Source: Verrucomicrobiota bacterium (GTDB lineage: Bacteria > Verrucomicrobiota > Verrucomicrobiia > Opitutales > Coraliomargaritaceae). Taken from it: a DNA stretch of 50,927 bases. Location: positions 1 through 50,927 of the forward strand of contig JBCBZJ010000022.1 of the NCBI GenBank assembly GCA_039815375.1, given 5' to 3'. Made by a program: the position numbers and the translations under genes. Below, piece after piece: positions 16,358-26,035 of the stretch. The notes under the pieces were generated by a model. The model saw only the letters and a list, made by a program, of their open reading frames with translations. It did no database searches and was not told where the DNA came from. The stretch's first letter is position 1. Every line of letters starts with the position of its first letter.

Positions 16358-18205
16358 CTAAATCCACAAACGCATACGTATAAAATCAATGATGCGGTGC
16401 GTTGCTCGCCAGGCTAGAGTTCGCTTACCTCCGTCCAATCGAGCCACTCCACTCATTCCCGGGCGAAGCCACTCAGCCTCCTCAATCAACTTGGCCCGAA
16501 GGATAAATGAATTACCCTCCTCATCCGGCTGAGCACTCGGTGAAATATTAAAAACCTCAATCTGGAACTGGAGATCTGGACGACTCGAAAACACAATCTC
16601 TCCGTTAGGGCTTTCTTCGATCAAATCGATATCTCTTTCCGAAAGGCGAATCTCGACAAAAAGACCGTCAAGTTTCGACACCTGCAAGAGAACTTCTCCC
16701 TGATTGACTGGGGCTCCAATTCGATCCCGAAGATCTCCTTGAACAACGACACCATCAAAAGGCGATCTCACATCCGCGCGCTCCAATTGAAACTCAAGAA
16801 AATCCAGGCGCGCTTCAGCACGATTAAGCTGCGCACGCGCGACCCGCATCTCCGCCAAGTTCCCCTGAGACTCCGCCAGCTCAGACTCAGCAATATGCCG
16901 ACGGATCTCTGCTAAAGTCTCGGCTTGTTGGATCGTCAAATCTCTCTTATCGAAAGTTAGCAACGTATCCCCCGATTCGACCAAATCGCCCGGACGGAAA
17001 CCAGCCTCAGCAATAAACCCGTCGTACGGCGCAGGCAAATGAGCCAAGCTATCTGGCCGCACAATAAAAGTCGCACTGACGCGATAGGTAAATGGGACGA
17101 GCAGCGCAAACAACATGATCACGCTGAACAGAATGGCCGTAAACTTCAGCCAAGTATGTCTCGGACTAAGAATCTTCGCCAGAGCATTTCGCACCCGTGC
17201 AGCCCAACGAGCACCAAACCAACGCGACTTCTCCTTCATATCACTGAGGCGAGCAGCCGTCTGATCACCGATTACCCGAAGACCCCACGCTTCTGCCTCC
17301 GAGAATTCTGGGCTACGTCTCTCGACCGTCAAAACACCAACAACCTTATCCTCATCCCGTACCGGAACGGATAATAAACACGCAGATTCCGACTTTTGCG
17401 CATAGACGCCATGGTCGCGAAAAATTGCACCACTGTTACTCGGCGCAGGCCAAACGAGCTCCTCGTCCTGATCCCTGCACTCCTCCATTGCAGCCTCAAG
17501 ATTCTGGAGGATCTCCATCTTGCGCTCGAACTTTTCAGTCCCACTTACCGCAACAACCCGTACGTAAGGATCATGCACCCAACCAAGGCAAGCACGTTCC
17601 GCCTCGAGTCGGCTAGTGACCTCGTTGACCAGAGCCATCGAAGCAGGTGCAAATTTACGCTGAGCATTGACGACCGCCAGAACATCCAACGCCTCACGCA
17701 TCCGCTCCACATCTTCGTGATCTTCGAGCGCCGCACGATTCCGCTGATAGATACGAGGCGTATCCGCAAGCAGGGACATAAGACCGGACCAGAGTTCTGC
17801 CTTCTCCCCAGGCGTGCCATCCGGTGCGAACCGCAGCTCCAGTAGACAAGACTGCAAATCCTCAGCCATCTTTAGGGCATGCAGAAGATGGACTGCCCCC
17901 TCCTCGACCTCAGCATCAATGAGCACACCTTCATCACTTCCTAGAGCCCGCTCAGCATGGGCCTCAAAATTCGTCTTCAAGAAGGCACGCTGATTGACAC
18001 CTTCTTCTGGTGCACTCGCGAGCAGGTTCCACCGACCATTGAGGCGGACCATCGCGCGAGCTTGCTGTGCACCCGTTATCTCCTGAGCGATTTTTGTAAA
18101 TTGAGACCAGAAAGCAGGTGCCTCACCATTAAAACTCCTGAGCGCTTGAAGACGTTCAAACTGCTCTGGATGGGGTTTCTCGAAGTTTCTAATTTCCACA
18201 GACAA
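16358..18205 (-). CDS. GAF-domain HlyD-family periplasmic adaptor
   Basis: GAF-like region (LLSVPVRDEDKVVGVLTVER), one TM, APYDGFI...RPGDLV lipoyl half, coiled coil, RSPFDGVV, LRPGMSG. Confidence 0.85.
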   Translation of the reverse strand: MSVEIRNFEKPHPEQFERLQALRSFNGEAPAFWSQFTKIAQEITGAQQARAMVRLNGRWNLLASAPEEGVNQRAFLKTNFEAHAERALGSDEGVLIDAEVEEGAVHLLHALKMAEDLQSCLLELRFAPDGTPGEKAELWSGLMSLLADTPRIYQRNRAALEDHEDVERMREALDVLAVVNAQRKFAPASMALVNEVTSRLEAERACLGWVHDPYVRVVAVSGTEKFERKMEILQNLEAAMEECRDQDEELVWPAPSNSGAIFRDHGVYAQKSESACLLSVPVRDEDKVVGVLTVERRSPEFSEAEAWGLRVIGDQTAARLSDMKEKSRWFGARWAARVRNALAKILSPRHTWLKFTAILFSVIMLFALLVPFTYRVSATFIVRPDSLAHLPAPYDGFIAEAGFRPGDLVESGDTLLTFDKRDLTIQQAETLAEIRRHIAESELAESQGNLAEMRVARAQLNRAEARLDFLEFQLERADVRSPFDGVVVQGDLRDRIGAPVNQGEVLLQVSKLDGLFVEIRLSERDIDLIEESPNGEIVFSSRPDLQFQIEVFNISPSAQPDEEGNSFILRAKLIEEAEWLRPGMSGVARLDGGKRTLAWRATHRIIDFIRMRLWI

Positions 18206-18246
18206 ACACGTTAATAGTGAGAAAACACGAAAGCTTAAGAAAACGT

Positions 18247-19044
18247 CTAATTGACGGAAACAGCTGATTGAACGACGGACAGAAGATCGTTTACGCGAGG
18301 ACCAGGCGCGATCTCAGCACTCTGTGGCGCGAGTTTGACCCGAGCGCGCAGGCCAGGTTTCACACTACGGTCTTTGTTATCTGCCAGAATTTTCACCTCC
18401 AGCAACCCACTAGCAGAATCGACGCGAGGATCAATAAAGTCGACGATACCGGCTAGTTCCGGGACGTTTTCTTCGAGCTCAGGAAAAGTGAGAATCACTC
18501 CGCGCCCCACAGGAAACTTTCGCGCCTCCTCAACGCTTAGATACAAACGAACGTAAATCTGATCGAGATCAACAACTCGAAACATCGGCTCACCCACGGA
18601 AACCATCTCGCCGATTTCGTTGTTACGCTCGACCACAATACCCGAAATCGGCGATCGAATTTCTCTCAGCCGAACGGCTTCCTGAGCGATCTCGAACTGA
18701 AGCTGCGCTAGACGCAATTCGATCTCACTGGCCAATGCTTCGTCTTCACTGATCAGTTTCTCACTGAACAGGTTCTGCGCTCCCTTACTTTCAAATTCAC
18801 GTTTACGCAACGCCGCAGCGGCTCGCTCCATATCAAGCTCAACGGATTTGACATAGAGTTGGGCTAATTGATCACCGGCCTTCACCTCGGCTCCCTCGCG
18901 AACTTGAAGCTCGGTTATAAAGTTCTGAACGGGGCTGGAGAGGATAACCTCCCTGAAAGGTAGAACCAAGCCCGAGACGGAATCGGCATAACAAGCCATC
19001 GAAGTAGCCAGCCCGATGATCGTGAGAAACGCTGTTTTTTTCAT
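18247..19044 (-). CDS. RND/HlyD-type membrane fusion protein
   Basis: Signal peptide, VREGAEVKAGDQL, IRSPISGIV, IDPRVDSASG, KPGL motifs. Confidence 0.9.
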   Translation of the reverse strand: MKKTAFLTIIGLATSMACYADSVSGLVLPFREVILSSPVQNFITELQVREGAEVKAGDQLAQLYVKSVELDMERAAAALRKREFESKGAQNLFSEKLISEDEALASEIELRLAQLQFEIAQEAVRLREIRSPISGIVVERNNEIGEMVSVGEPMFRVVDLDQIYVRLYLSVEEARKFPVGRGVILTFPELEENVPELAGIVDFIDPRVDSASGLLEVKILADNKDRSVKPGLRARVKLAPQSAEIAPGPRVNDLLSVVQSAVSVN

Positions 19045-19053
19045 GAAAAAGAC

Positions 19054-20646
19054 TTAGTTTGCCGCAAAGGTCAGGTCGAGATTCAGTTGGTCACCCAGCG
19101 AACCTGTCACAACGTATAGTTGGGCCACTGCACGAAACAGTTCTACCTCGGAAGCAAGCGCACGCGTCCGTGCAAAACTCAAATCGCGCTGCTGGTTCAA
19201 AACATTGTAACTAGTCGTGAGCCCCGAGGAGAGGCGTCTTTCCTCAGACCGCAGTGCTTCCTCGGCAAGACGCACAGCTTCATTGGCGAACCCGATCCGT
19301 TCCTGAGCCGCTTCAACCTCACGCATACTATTATCCAGGAGAACCAGTAACTGCACCTCTGTCTGCTTCGCGGTCATCAAAGCCTGAGCCTGCACTCGCT
19401 TCGCAAGAGAAACCTGGGCGCGATCCGCACTCCGATCCAGTGACATGGAGAGGACCAAACCGACCGACCAGTCTAGGCGATCACGATTCGAAAAGTCTTC
19501 AAAACTGCCCCCAAAGCTATCCTCCAGTCCATTGGTTCCAACGGTCGCCTCAAGGTCGAGTTGAGGGAGCAACTGGTTCTTTGCGAAGGCGACACGAATG
19601 CCTTCAGCACGTGCTCGCTCCAAGGCAGCCAGATAAATCGGATTGCGGACAAGCATCTCTTGCCCAATGACGATCCGGTCTTTCTCAGGCGCCTTGAGTA
19701 CGTCACTCACGCTGCCACGAATCGGAGCCTCCTGCCCGAATGTGTAATCCGTCCCCGTCAGCTCGAGTAGACGGTTTTGGCGCTCGGCAAGAAAAGTACG
19801 GGCCCCTACAACCTCCTCTTTGGCCTCTGCCAATCTAGCCTCTGCCTGCGTTACATCGATCGGCGACATGACACCCTCTTCGACACGGCGACGATTCTGG
19901 TCGATCAGATCGTTGGCAAGCTGGACCGCATCAACCTTCACTCGAAGGTTATCTAAGCCGAACTCAGTTTCCGCAAACGCCACCAGGATCTGAGCGATTG
20001 TTCTATCCACCTCCGAACGGAGTTGAAACTCTGTGCCCAGGCCCTCAGATCGTGCGAGATTCGTTGCCGCCAGATTCGTCTTAACACCACGATTTTTCAG
20101 CAAAGGTTGAATGACCTGTAACTGCGTTGTGGTCTGATACTCAGGAAAGAAAAGCGGCCCAGTGAGCGTAGATGGATTAATATTTCGATTGGTCGTATTA
20201 TCAAGACGACTCGTAGAGCTCGTAATGGCTACTTGCGTGCCGAAAGCAAATCGATCTTCCAAACGGAGCTCCAGGGAAGCGACTTTCTCTTCAAAAATCG
20301 AATCGATTTCATCAAGCGCAAGAAACTGCTGTCGATTTTGCGCGCGCTCCGACTCGCGGTAACGAATCGCGGAGGTCAGACGCGGCGCAAGAGAACCAAG
20401 TGAAATCGTGACCCGGTCCGTGGAGTTCAGTACTTCCATACGACCGATCTGTAGACTGAAATTGTGATCCAAGCCTTTCAGGATCCAATATCTGGCATCG
20501 TAATCCTCTCCAGCGTAATCCTTTAAAGAAGTGAACTCACTGCTGTTTTCGACAGAGCTCGGCTCGATAGATTCGGAGAGCGATTCTTCCGCGATAAGGA
20601 AGGCGGGCACACTGATGAGTAATAAAAGAACACGAATCTTTTTCAT
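19054..20646 (-). CDS. TolC-family outer membrane protein
   Basis: Signal peptide, QPLLKNRG, LLPQLDL, two helical repeats ending G..SP.DV / GLTTSYNVL. Confidence 0.9.
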   Translation of the reverse strand: MKKIRVLLLLISVPAFLIAEESLSESIEPSSVENSSEFTSLKDYAGEDYDARYWILKGLDHNFSLQIGRMEVLNSTDRVTISLGSLAPRLTSAIRYRESERAQNRQQFLALDEIDSIFEEKVASLELRLEDRFAFGTQVAITSSTSRLDNTTNRNINPSTLTGPLFFPEYQTTTQLQVIQPLLKNRGVKTNLAATNLARSEGLGTEFQLRSEVDRTIAQILVAFAETEFGLDNLRVKVDAVQLANDLIDQNRRRVEEGVMSPIDVTQAEARLAEAKEEVVGARTFLAERQNRLLELTGTDYTFGQEAPIRGSVSDVLKAPEKDRIVIGQEMLVRNPIYLAALERARAEGIRVAFAKNQLLPQLDLEATVGTNGLEDSFGGSFEDFSNRDRLDWSVGLVLSMSLDRSADRAQVSLAKRVQAQALMTAKQTEVQLLVLLDNSMREVEAAQERIGFANEAVRLAEEALRSEERRLSSGLTTSYNVLNQQRDLSFARTRALASEVELFRAVAQLYVVTGSLGDQLNLDLTFAAN

Positions 20647-21133
20647 TAATATAGAGGGGATAAGCAGTAATTCAGTTCTGCGGGGTCAGCCAAATACAAA
20701 ATCATATGAAAATGCACCTAATCAAGGTCGCTTAATCAATAACTTAATAGAACTTTAATTTTGATCGAGTTACCCAAATTGAGCCGAAGCTTTCATTAGT
20801 CTGGAGTGGTTAATGATGTGTTCGATGTTATATATCAAGTCAACGCTGGGGCGTAGCCGACCGGAGGCCCAGCATTGGGTTAGTTGGTTGTTCTTCGACT
20901 TCCTTTTGAGCGAACTCAAGAGACGTGATGTATACCAGCAACCTGTGCAGTTTGAGATTGTTATACTTCCAGCGCCAGACGTTGCTGTTGTTAACCATTA
21001 ATCAATGATTTTCGAAAAAGCATTCGTACCGACGGCTTCAAACTGTCAATAAAGCACTGGCGTTATGTTGGTGCTTTTTTGTATTCGATTGAGGTAAACC
21101 TTGAACATGCATCGCTGGTTTTGAAGACGCTGC

Positions 21134-21871
21134 CTAGTTTCTTCGACCGAGGATCAACCAATCCCATGTATCAAGGTCTTGCGAGTGCTCTGTGGGACGA
21201 TAGCGTAATGGCTGTATTTGCTGGATAGTAAATTGGTGCTCCTCAAGGAGCGCTTTGAGTTCGTGCTTGAGGTAGTGTTTAGTGCGAACGTGATCGATGA
21301 TATGAACGCCCTGATGTAGATCGATCACGGTGGACTGATCTGGTAGGGTTGCATCGAGCGAGTCTTGGCAAGACTTGCCCTCATATAGCTTTTGGCCGAG
21401 TTCGCTGTGCCGCTCCATGAGGATTGATTCAATCGCGGGCACGACAAGGATGAGGTGGCCGTCTTTCCGCACTTGATTGGCAACAGTGCGCCATGCGCGT
21501 AGCCGTTCATCAAGGGATGGCATCATCAACACGTTGATACAGATTACGAGGTCAACCGGGTTAAAGGGCACCGGGTCGCTGATGAGGTCGAGACAATGAT
21601 AGTGGATGTGATCTTTGCTGGCACAGCGCTCCTGCGTCAGGCGCAGGCCTTGCGGAGAGAAGTCACAACTCTCTACTCTTTCATAACAGTCCGAAAGCAA
21701 TTCCGTAAACTTGCCAATTCCACAGCCCAGATCAGCGGCGCTGTCGCAGGTCTGCGAACTGGCGAGTTGGTGGATGAGCTTGGAAACAACCTGATCGGCA
21801 TCCAAATCATAAACACTCACCACCTCAGCTGCATAGTTTTGCAGCGTTTTGTCCCAGTATGCACAATTCAT
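21134..21871 (-). CDS. Class I SAM-dependent methyltransferase
   Basis: ADLGCGIG motif I, then CDFS and DLVICINV. Confidence 0.85.
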   Translation of the reverse strand: MNCAYWDKTLQNYAAEVVSVYDLDADQVVSKLIHQLASSQTCDSAADLGCGIGKFTELLSDCYERVESCDFSPQGLRLTQERCASKDHIHYHCLDLISDPVPFNPVDLVICINVLMMPSLDERLRAWRTVANQVRKDGHLILVVPAIESILMERHSELGQKLYEGKSCQDSLDATLPDQSTVIDLHQGVHIIDHVRTKHYLKHELKALLEEHQFTIQQIQPLRYRPTEHSQDLDTWDWLILGRRN

Positions 21872-22099
21872 TCAATAACTTCTGCGCATGCAGATCAAAT
21901 AGTATGAGACTGAACTTACAGACTGTGTAAATAATACCTCTTAAACCAGCTGGCGCAAATCGAAAAAGAACAAGGGCACAAACGCTTAACCGAAAACACC
22001 CCCGATTTATAGCGACAGAACCTCAAAACTCCGATACCCAACCCATATCGTAGAGTTCGCAAACGGCGGCTCTTGCGGTGATACATACTAAATATAATT

Positions 22100-22306
22100 A
22101 TGAGCACAGGAACAGTTAAGTGGTTCGACGCCGAAAAAGGCTACGGATTCATCCAACCCGACGACGGAAGCAAAGATCTTTTTGTCCACCACTCGGAAAT
22201 TCAAAGCGACGGCGGTTACGCCAAACTTCAGGATGGCGAGAAAGTCCAATTCGAAGTTGGCAGTGGCCAAAAAGGCCCCTGTGCGACACAGGTTAAACCA
22301 ACATAA
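22100..22306 (+). CDS. csp: Cold-shock protein (CspA family)
   Basis: GTVKWF, KGYGFI (RNP1), LFVHHS (RNP2). Confidence 0.97.
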   Translation: MSTGTVKWFDAEKGYGFIQPDDGSKDLFVHHSEIQSDGGYAKLQDGEKVQFEVGSGQKGPCATQVKPT

Positions 22307-22329
22307 GCGGTCTCGATAGCCATTTTGGT

Positions 22330-22364
22330 AAAAGCTCCCTCGGAAATACCAAGGGAGCTTTTTT
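22330..22364 (+). terminator. Intrinsic terminator after csp
   Basis: aaaagctccct...agggagctttttt hairpin plus U-tract. Confidence 0.8.
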
Positions 22365-22522
22365 ACGACAAAGCGTCAAACTACAGAAGGAAGACAGTGG
22401 CTTTCGCCTTTGTCCTCGCAATTGAAAATTCAGCACCTATCGATAACTAATCGGAATTCTTCGGCGATGCACTCTGCAGATCCATTAGTCCGCATTTATA
22501 AATTGATCGCTCAAGTAATTCA

Positions 22523-23506
22523 ATGAGGACTGGGAAAGAACTGATTCTCGCGACCCGCGCGTATGCTCGGGAAGATCGCGTTAAGAGCTGGTGGGTGCTA
22601 CTTTCTACAGGTAGTGCCTATCTTGGTGCACTAATTGGCATTCTGCTGCTGCCATTTTGGATCCTAAAACTCGGGGTATCGATCATAGCAGGACTTCTGC
22701 TCGTCAGACTCTTTGTAATTTACCACGACCACCAGCATAATGCGATTCTCACCAAGTCGAAGCTGGCTGCATGGTTTATGCGCCTTTGGGGAATTTATGC
22801 GATGACGCCAAACAGCATTTGGAAGCATTCGCACAATCATCACCACAACCATAATTCCAAGATGCGTAGTGCACATATCGGCTCCTATCCGGTGATGACG
22901 CGTGAAAAATTTAACCAGTCATCCCGCAAAGAGCGCCTCAAATATTTGGCGATTCGCCATCCTCTGACTATTCTTTTAGGCTATTTAACCGTATTCGTGC
23001 TCGGGATGTGCATCATCCCCGGGCTCGAATGCCAAAAGAAACATCGTGATTCAATCATCGCATTGATACTTCATACTCTACTCTACGTCTTAACAATCAG
23101 CTTGCTTGGCTGGGAGGCGACAATGCTGCTTATCTTCGTGCCTTTCTTTGTCGCAGGTGCTCTTGGCGCTTACCTATTCTATGCGCAACACAACTTCCCG
23201 GATGTGGTATACATCGATAAAGATGGTTGGAGCTACGAAGGTGCAGCCCTATCTTCATCAAGCTTCTGTAAGATGCATTCAATTATGCACTACTTCACTG
23301 GTAATATAGGCTACCATCACGTGCATCACTTAAACGCTAAGATTCCTTTCTATCGTCTGCCGGAAGCTTTTCGTGAGATGCCTGAACTACAGGCCCCAAA
23401 GACCACTTCACTAAGCCCAAAAGCGATCTTTCTATGCCTACGCCTGAAAGTATGGGATGTCGAGCACCAGCGAATGATTAGCCTGCACGATGCAAAAGCA
23501 GTTTAG
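22523..23506 (+). CDS. Membrane fatty acid desaturase
   Basis: Three His boxes (HDHQH, HNHHH, HHVHH) and TM segments. Confidence 0.93.
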   Translation: MRTGKELILATRAYAREDRVKSWWVLLSTGSAYLGALIGILLLPFWILKLGVSIIAGLLLVRLFVIYHDHQHNAILTKSKLAAWFMRLWGIYAMTPNSIWKHSHNHHHNHNSKMRSAHIGSYPVMTREKFNQSSRKERLKYLAIRHPLTILLGYLTVFVLGMCIIPGLECQKKHRDSIIALILHTLLYVLTISLLGWEATMLLIFVPFFVAGALGAYLFYAQHNFPDVVYIDKDGWSYEGAALSSSSFCKMHSIMHYFTGNIGYHHVHHLNAKIPFYRLPEAFREMPELQAPKTTSLSPKAIFLCLRLKVWDVEHQRMISLHDAKAV

Positions 23507-23508
23507 TT

Positions 23509-23576
23509 TTTTTGGTCGGCCTACGGGGATCGCCTTACGAACCGGGTTCTAATTTTATAAAGAGAGCGAACATCCC
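23509..23576. repeat. Islet-end (att-like) motif, copy 1
   Basis: tttttggtcggcctacggggat...tacgaaccg..ttctaa.ttt...gaacatccc, shared with 27033-27099. Confidence 0.85.
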
Positions 23577-23639
23577 TGAAATAAAAAAAGAGGCTCCACA
23601 CATAATGCATGAAGCCTCCGAGTAAATTACTGTGTAAAC

Positions 23640-23676
23640 TTAAAGCTTGGCGCTGACAGTTGGGGCAGCCTTGAAG
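23640..23676 (-). pseudogene. 3' remnant of an HU-family gene truncated by IS3
   Basis: Encodes FKAAPTVSAKL*, identical to the C-terminus of 27891..28214. The downstream terminator region 23576-23639 is also homologous to 27829-27890. Confidence 0.88.
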
Positions 23677-23743
23677 CGACGTGCTCCCCTGAAATAGTCC
23701 CAGATTGAATGAGAGTTCTGATTGTTTAAAACCGAACAGAACC

Positions 23744-24013
23744 ATGGCAAAGAGAAAGCACCACACCGAAGAAGAGATCATCCGAATACTGAAGGAAGCT
23801 GAGAACGGCATGCCTGTGGCGGATTTACTTCGTCAATATAACATCTCGCAGGGAACCTACTACCGCTGGAAGGGCATTTACAGTGGTATGCAGGTCAACG
23901 AGCTCAAGCGGCTCAAAGAGCTGGAGAAAGAGAATGCACGGCTTAAGAAGCTCGTTGCCGAGCAGGCCTTGGACATCGACATCCTAAAGGACGTGAACTC
24001 AAAAAACTGGTGA
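23744..24013 (+). CDS. IS3 transposase OrfA (HTH)
   Basis: TEEEIIRILKEAE..TYYRWK..LKELEKENARLKKLVAE; AAAAAAC slippery site at 24001-24007. Confidence 0.93.
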   Translation: MAKRKHHTEEEIIRILKEAENGMPVADLLRQYNISQGTYYRWKGIYSGMQVNELKRLKELEKENARLKKLVAEQALDIDILKDVNSKNW

Positions 24014-24912
24014 AGCCTGCAGCAAAACGCAGTGCTGTTGATTACGTGCTGGAGTCGCGCTCGATCAGCTTCACTCGCTGCTGTGGACTGATGAACATCA
24101 GTCGAAGTTGCTATCGCTACCAATCGCGCCGTGCCGATGATCGTCCACTGCGCTCTGCGATCCGAGAGAAAGCGCAACAACGCAAACGCTGGGGCTATCG
24201 AAAGTTGCAAGTCCTCCTGCAAAGGGATGGCCACATGGATAATCACAAACGCATCTACCGCATCTACAAAGAAGAAGGCCTTCAGGTCAGGAAACGGCGT
24301 CGTAAGCGTGCTCGGACACAGCGCAGCTTTGAACTGTTGGCCAGCGAAGGACCAAACCAACGCTGGAGCATGGACTTCATGTACGACAGCACAACCGCTG
24401 GACGAAAGCTTCGCATCCTAAATGTCGTCGATGACTACACAAGAGAAGCGCTTTGGATGGAGGTCTCCACTTCAATCGGCGGCCAACATGTTACCCGCGT
24501 GTTGGATCGTCTTATCGAACTGCGGGGCAAACCTAAGAACCTGCTCACAGACAACGGCCCCGAGTTCGCAGGAACCGCACTGGATGCCTGGACTTACGAA
24601 AGGAAAATCAACCATCAGTTTATCCAGCCGGGTAAACCCAATCAGAACGCTTACGTTGAAAGCTTCAACGGCAAGGTCCGTGATGAGTGCCTGAATGAAC
24701 ACTGGTGGCAGAGCATCGACCATGCTCGAAACAAAATCGAAAGCTGGAGAGAGGACTACAATCAGGTCCGACCTCACAGCTCGCTAAACAACCAAACGCC
24801 TGCGGCCTTCGCGGAAAAATCGCGCGCTCCCCTAGGGGAGCAAGGAGGGATGAACAGGCTTACAACCATACAACCACAACTAGAACCTAAATCCTCAGCT
24901 CTCTCATTTTAA
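24010..24912 (+). CDS. IS3 transposase OrfB (DDE)
   Basis: WSMDF, TDNGPEF, QNAYVESFNGKVRDECLN, RPHSSL. Confidence 0.96.
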   Translation: MKPAAKRSAVDYVLESRSISFTRCCGLMNISRSCYRYQSRRADDRPLRSAIREKAQQRKRWGYRKLQVLLQRDGHMDNHKRIYRIYKEEGLQVRKRRRKRARTQRSFELLASEGPNQRWSMDFMYDSTTAGRKLRILNVVDDYTREALWMEVSTSIGGQHVTRVLDRLIELRGKPKNLLTDNGPEFAGTALDAWTYERKINHQFIQPGKPNQNAYVESFNGKVRDECLNEHWWQSIDHARNKIESWREDYNQVRPHSSLNNQTPAAFAEKSRAPLGEQGGMNRLTTIQPQLEPKSSALSF

Positions 24913-25061
24913 TCGGGACTTACTTGGGGGGCAGGTCGATTAGGAGCTTTGGAAACTACAGAGCAACCATCCTGTTTTAATACAGTAATTAGACCTCAAA
25001 TCATGATTCCCCACAGGTTTTTACGAAGAACCTTCTTTGATTATACGAGGACGTATTGCTA

Positions 25062-25634
25062 CTAAGGCCGGCGTCTCCTGTGGAGGAACGAACAGGCAGC
25101 AATAATTAAGGAGTAGGCAAGTGTACTGGGTTCAGGAATCGGAGTTAGATTGGTAAGAGTCAGTGTTTGGTTACTGGCTGAACCTAAATTAGTCATAGTG
25201 TAGGTATCTAAGTTTTGGAAGCCCATATCAGTGAGTGAGTAATTAGAAATTACTACAGTGTTTCCATTTCCAACAGGGTTATCAAAACGCATCTGAAATC
25301 CAAGCAGGCCGCCTAAAGAGCGAGGTGCAAGCTCTAATATTCCGCTAGTCAGTGAAAATGCATTACTTGAACCACTAGCAGAAAGCGGATCTTCTAAAAA
25401 GTTTGCACCAAGAGTTTCCTCACCAAGGAAATTACCAGTTATCAGTAGGAGCCTGGTCGCGGCCGTGCTGCGCACAAAAAGAACACTATCTGTAGGCCTA
25501 GAAGTATCACGCTTATCCACTCCGCTCATGGAGCCCGTTGTAGTTATGTGCAAGTCATTACCAACCTCTTCGAAAGCTATATTTAAAGCCGCACTCACTT
25601 GAAATCCAGCCATGAACATAAAGGATACTGACAA
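25062..25634 (-). CDS. PEP-CTERM exosortase-target protein
   Basis: C-terminal IPEPST, hydrophobic stretch, RRRR; start codon uncertain (TTG). Confidence 0.85.
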   Translation of the reverse strand: MSVSFMFMAGFQVSAALNIAFEEVGNDLHITTTGSMSGVDKRDTSRPTDSVLFVRSTAATRLLLITGNFLGEETLGANFLEDPLSASGSSNAFSLTSGILELAPRSLGGLLGFQMRFDNPVGNGNTVVISNYSLTDMGFQNLDTYTMTNLGSASNQTLTLTNLTPIPEPSTLAYSLIIAACSFLHRRRRP

Positions 25635-26035
25635 TGTCTTTACGATACGATTTAATCAGATGTTTATTTAAAGAAAAAACAGATTAATTTTTTTATATCT
25701 TATTTTACTTCATTAAAGTCTATATCGTCAAATTAGGCAATTTTCTCAACTAGCTTAGTCACAATCGCACCAGATCCCTACTAATGGCAGGAACCATTTT
25801 ACTAGTGAAGCTACTGACATTATTCACGGATCGTTTAAATCAGTAGTTACTGGATACCGACGACTACTTACCAGAGGCAGTTTGACCTGCGAATTCCGAG
25901 AAAAAACCTAATCTCCATCGAGATAACTACAAAACAACGACTTTTCGGATAATAAATTGGTCATTCTAATCCTCTCAAATGATTCTTAATCCACGACCGA
26001 TACTAAGATTTCTACCATTTTCGGACTCGGATGAG

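Larger units (their letters stand above)
23677..24938 (+). mobile_element. IS3-family (IS407-like) insertion sequence
   Basis: Imperfect terminal IRs cgacgtgctcccctgaaatagtcccagattgaatgagag / rc cgacctgccccccaagtaagtcccgattaaaatgagag; orfA/orfB; no target duplication. Confidence 0.92.

Noticed and set aside
20838..20885. attC-like hairpin (gtcaac-gctggg...cccagc-attgg-gttagtt) at the end of a ~53-codon minus-strand ORF
   Set aside because: Only 48 bp, R boxes and spacers do not fit attC, single copy, and no integron integrase.
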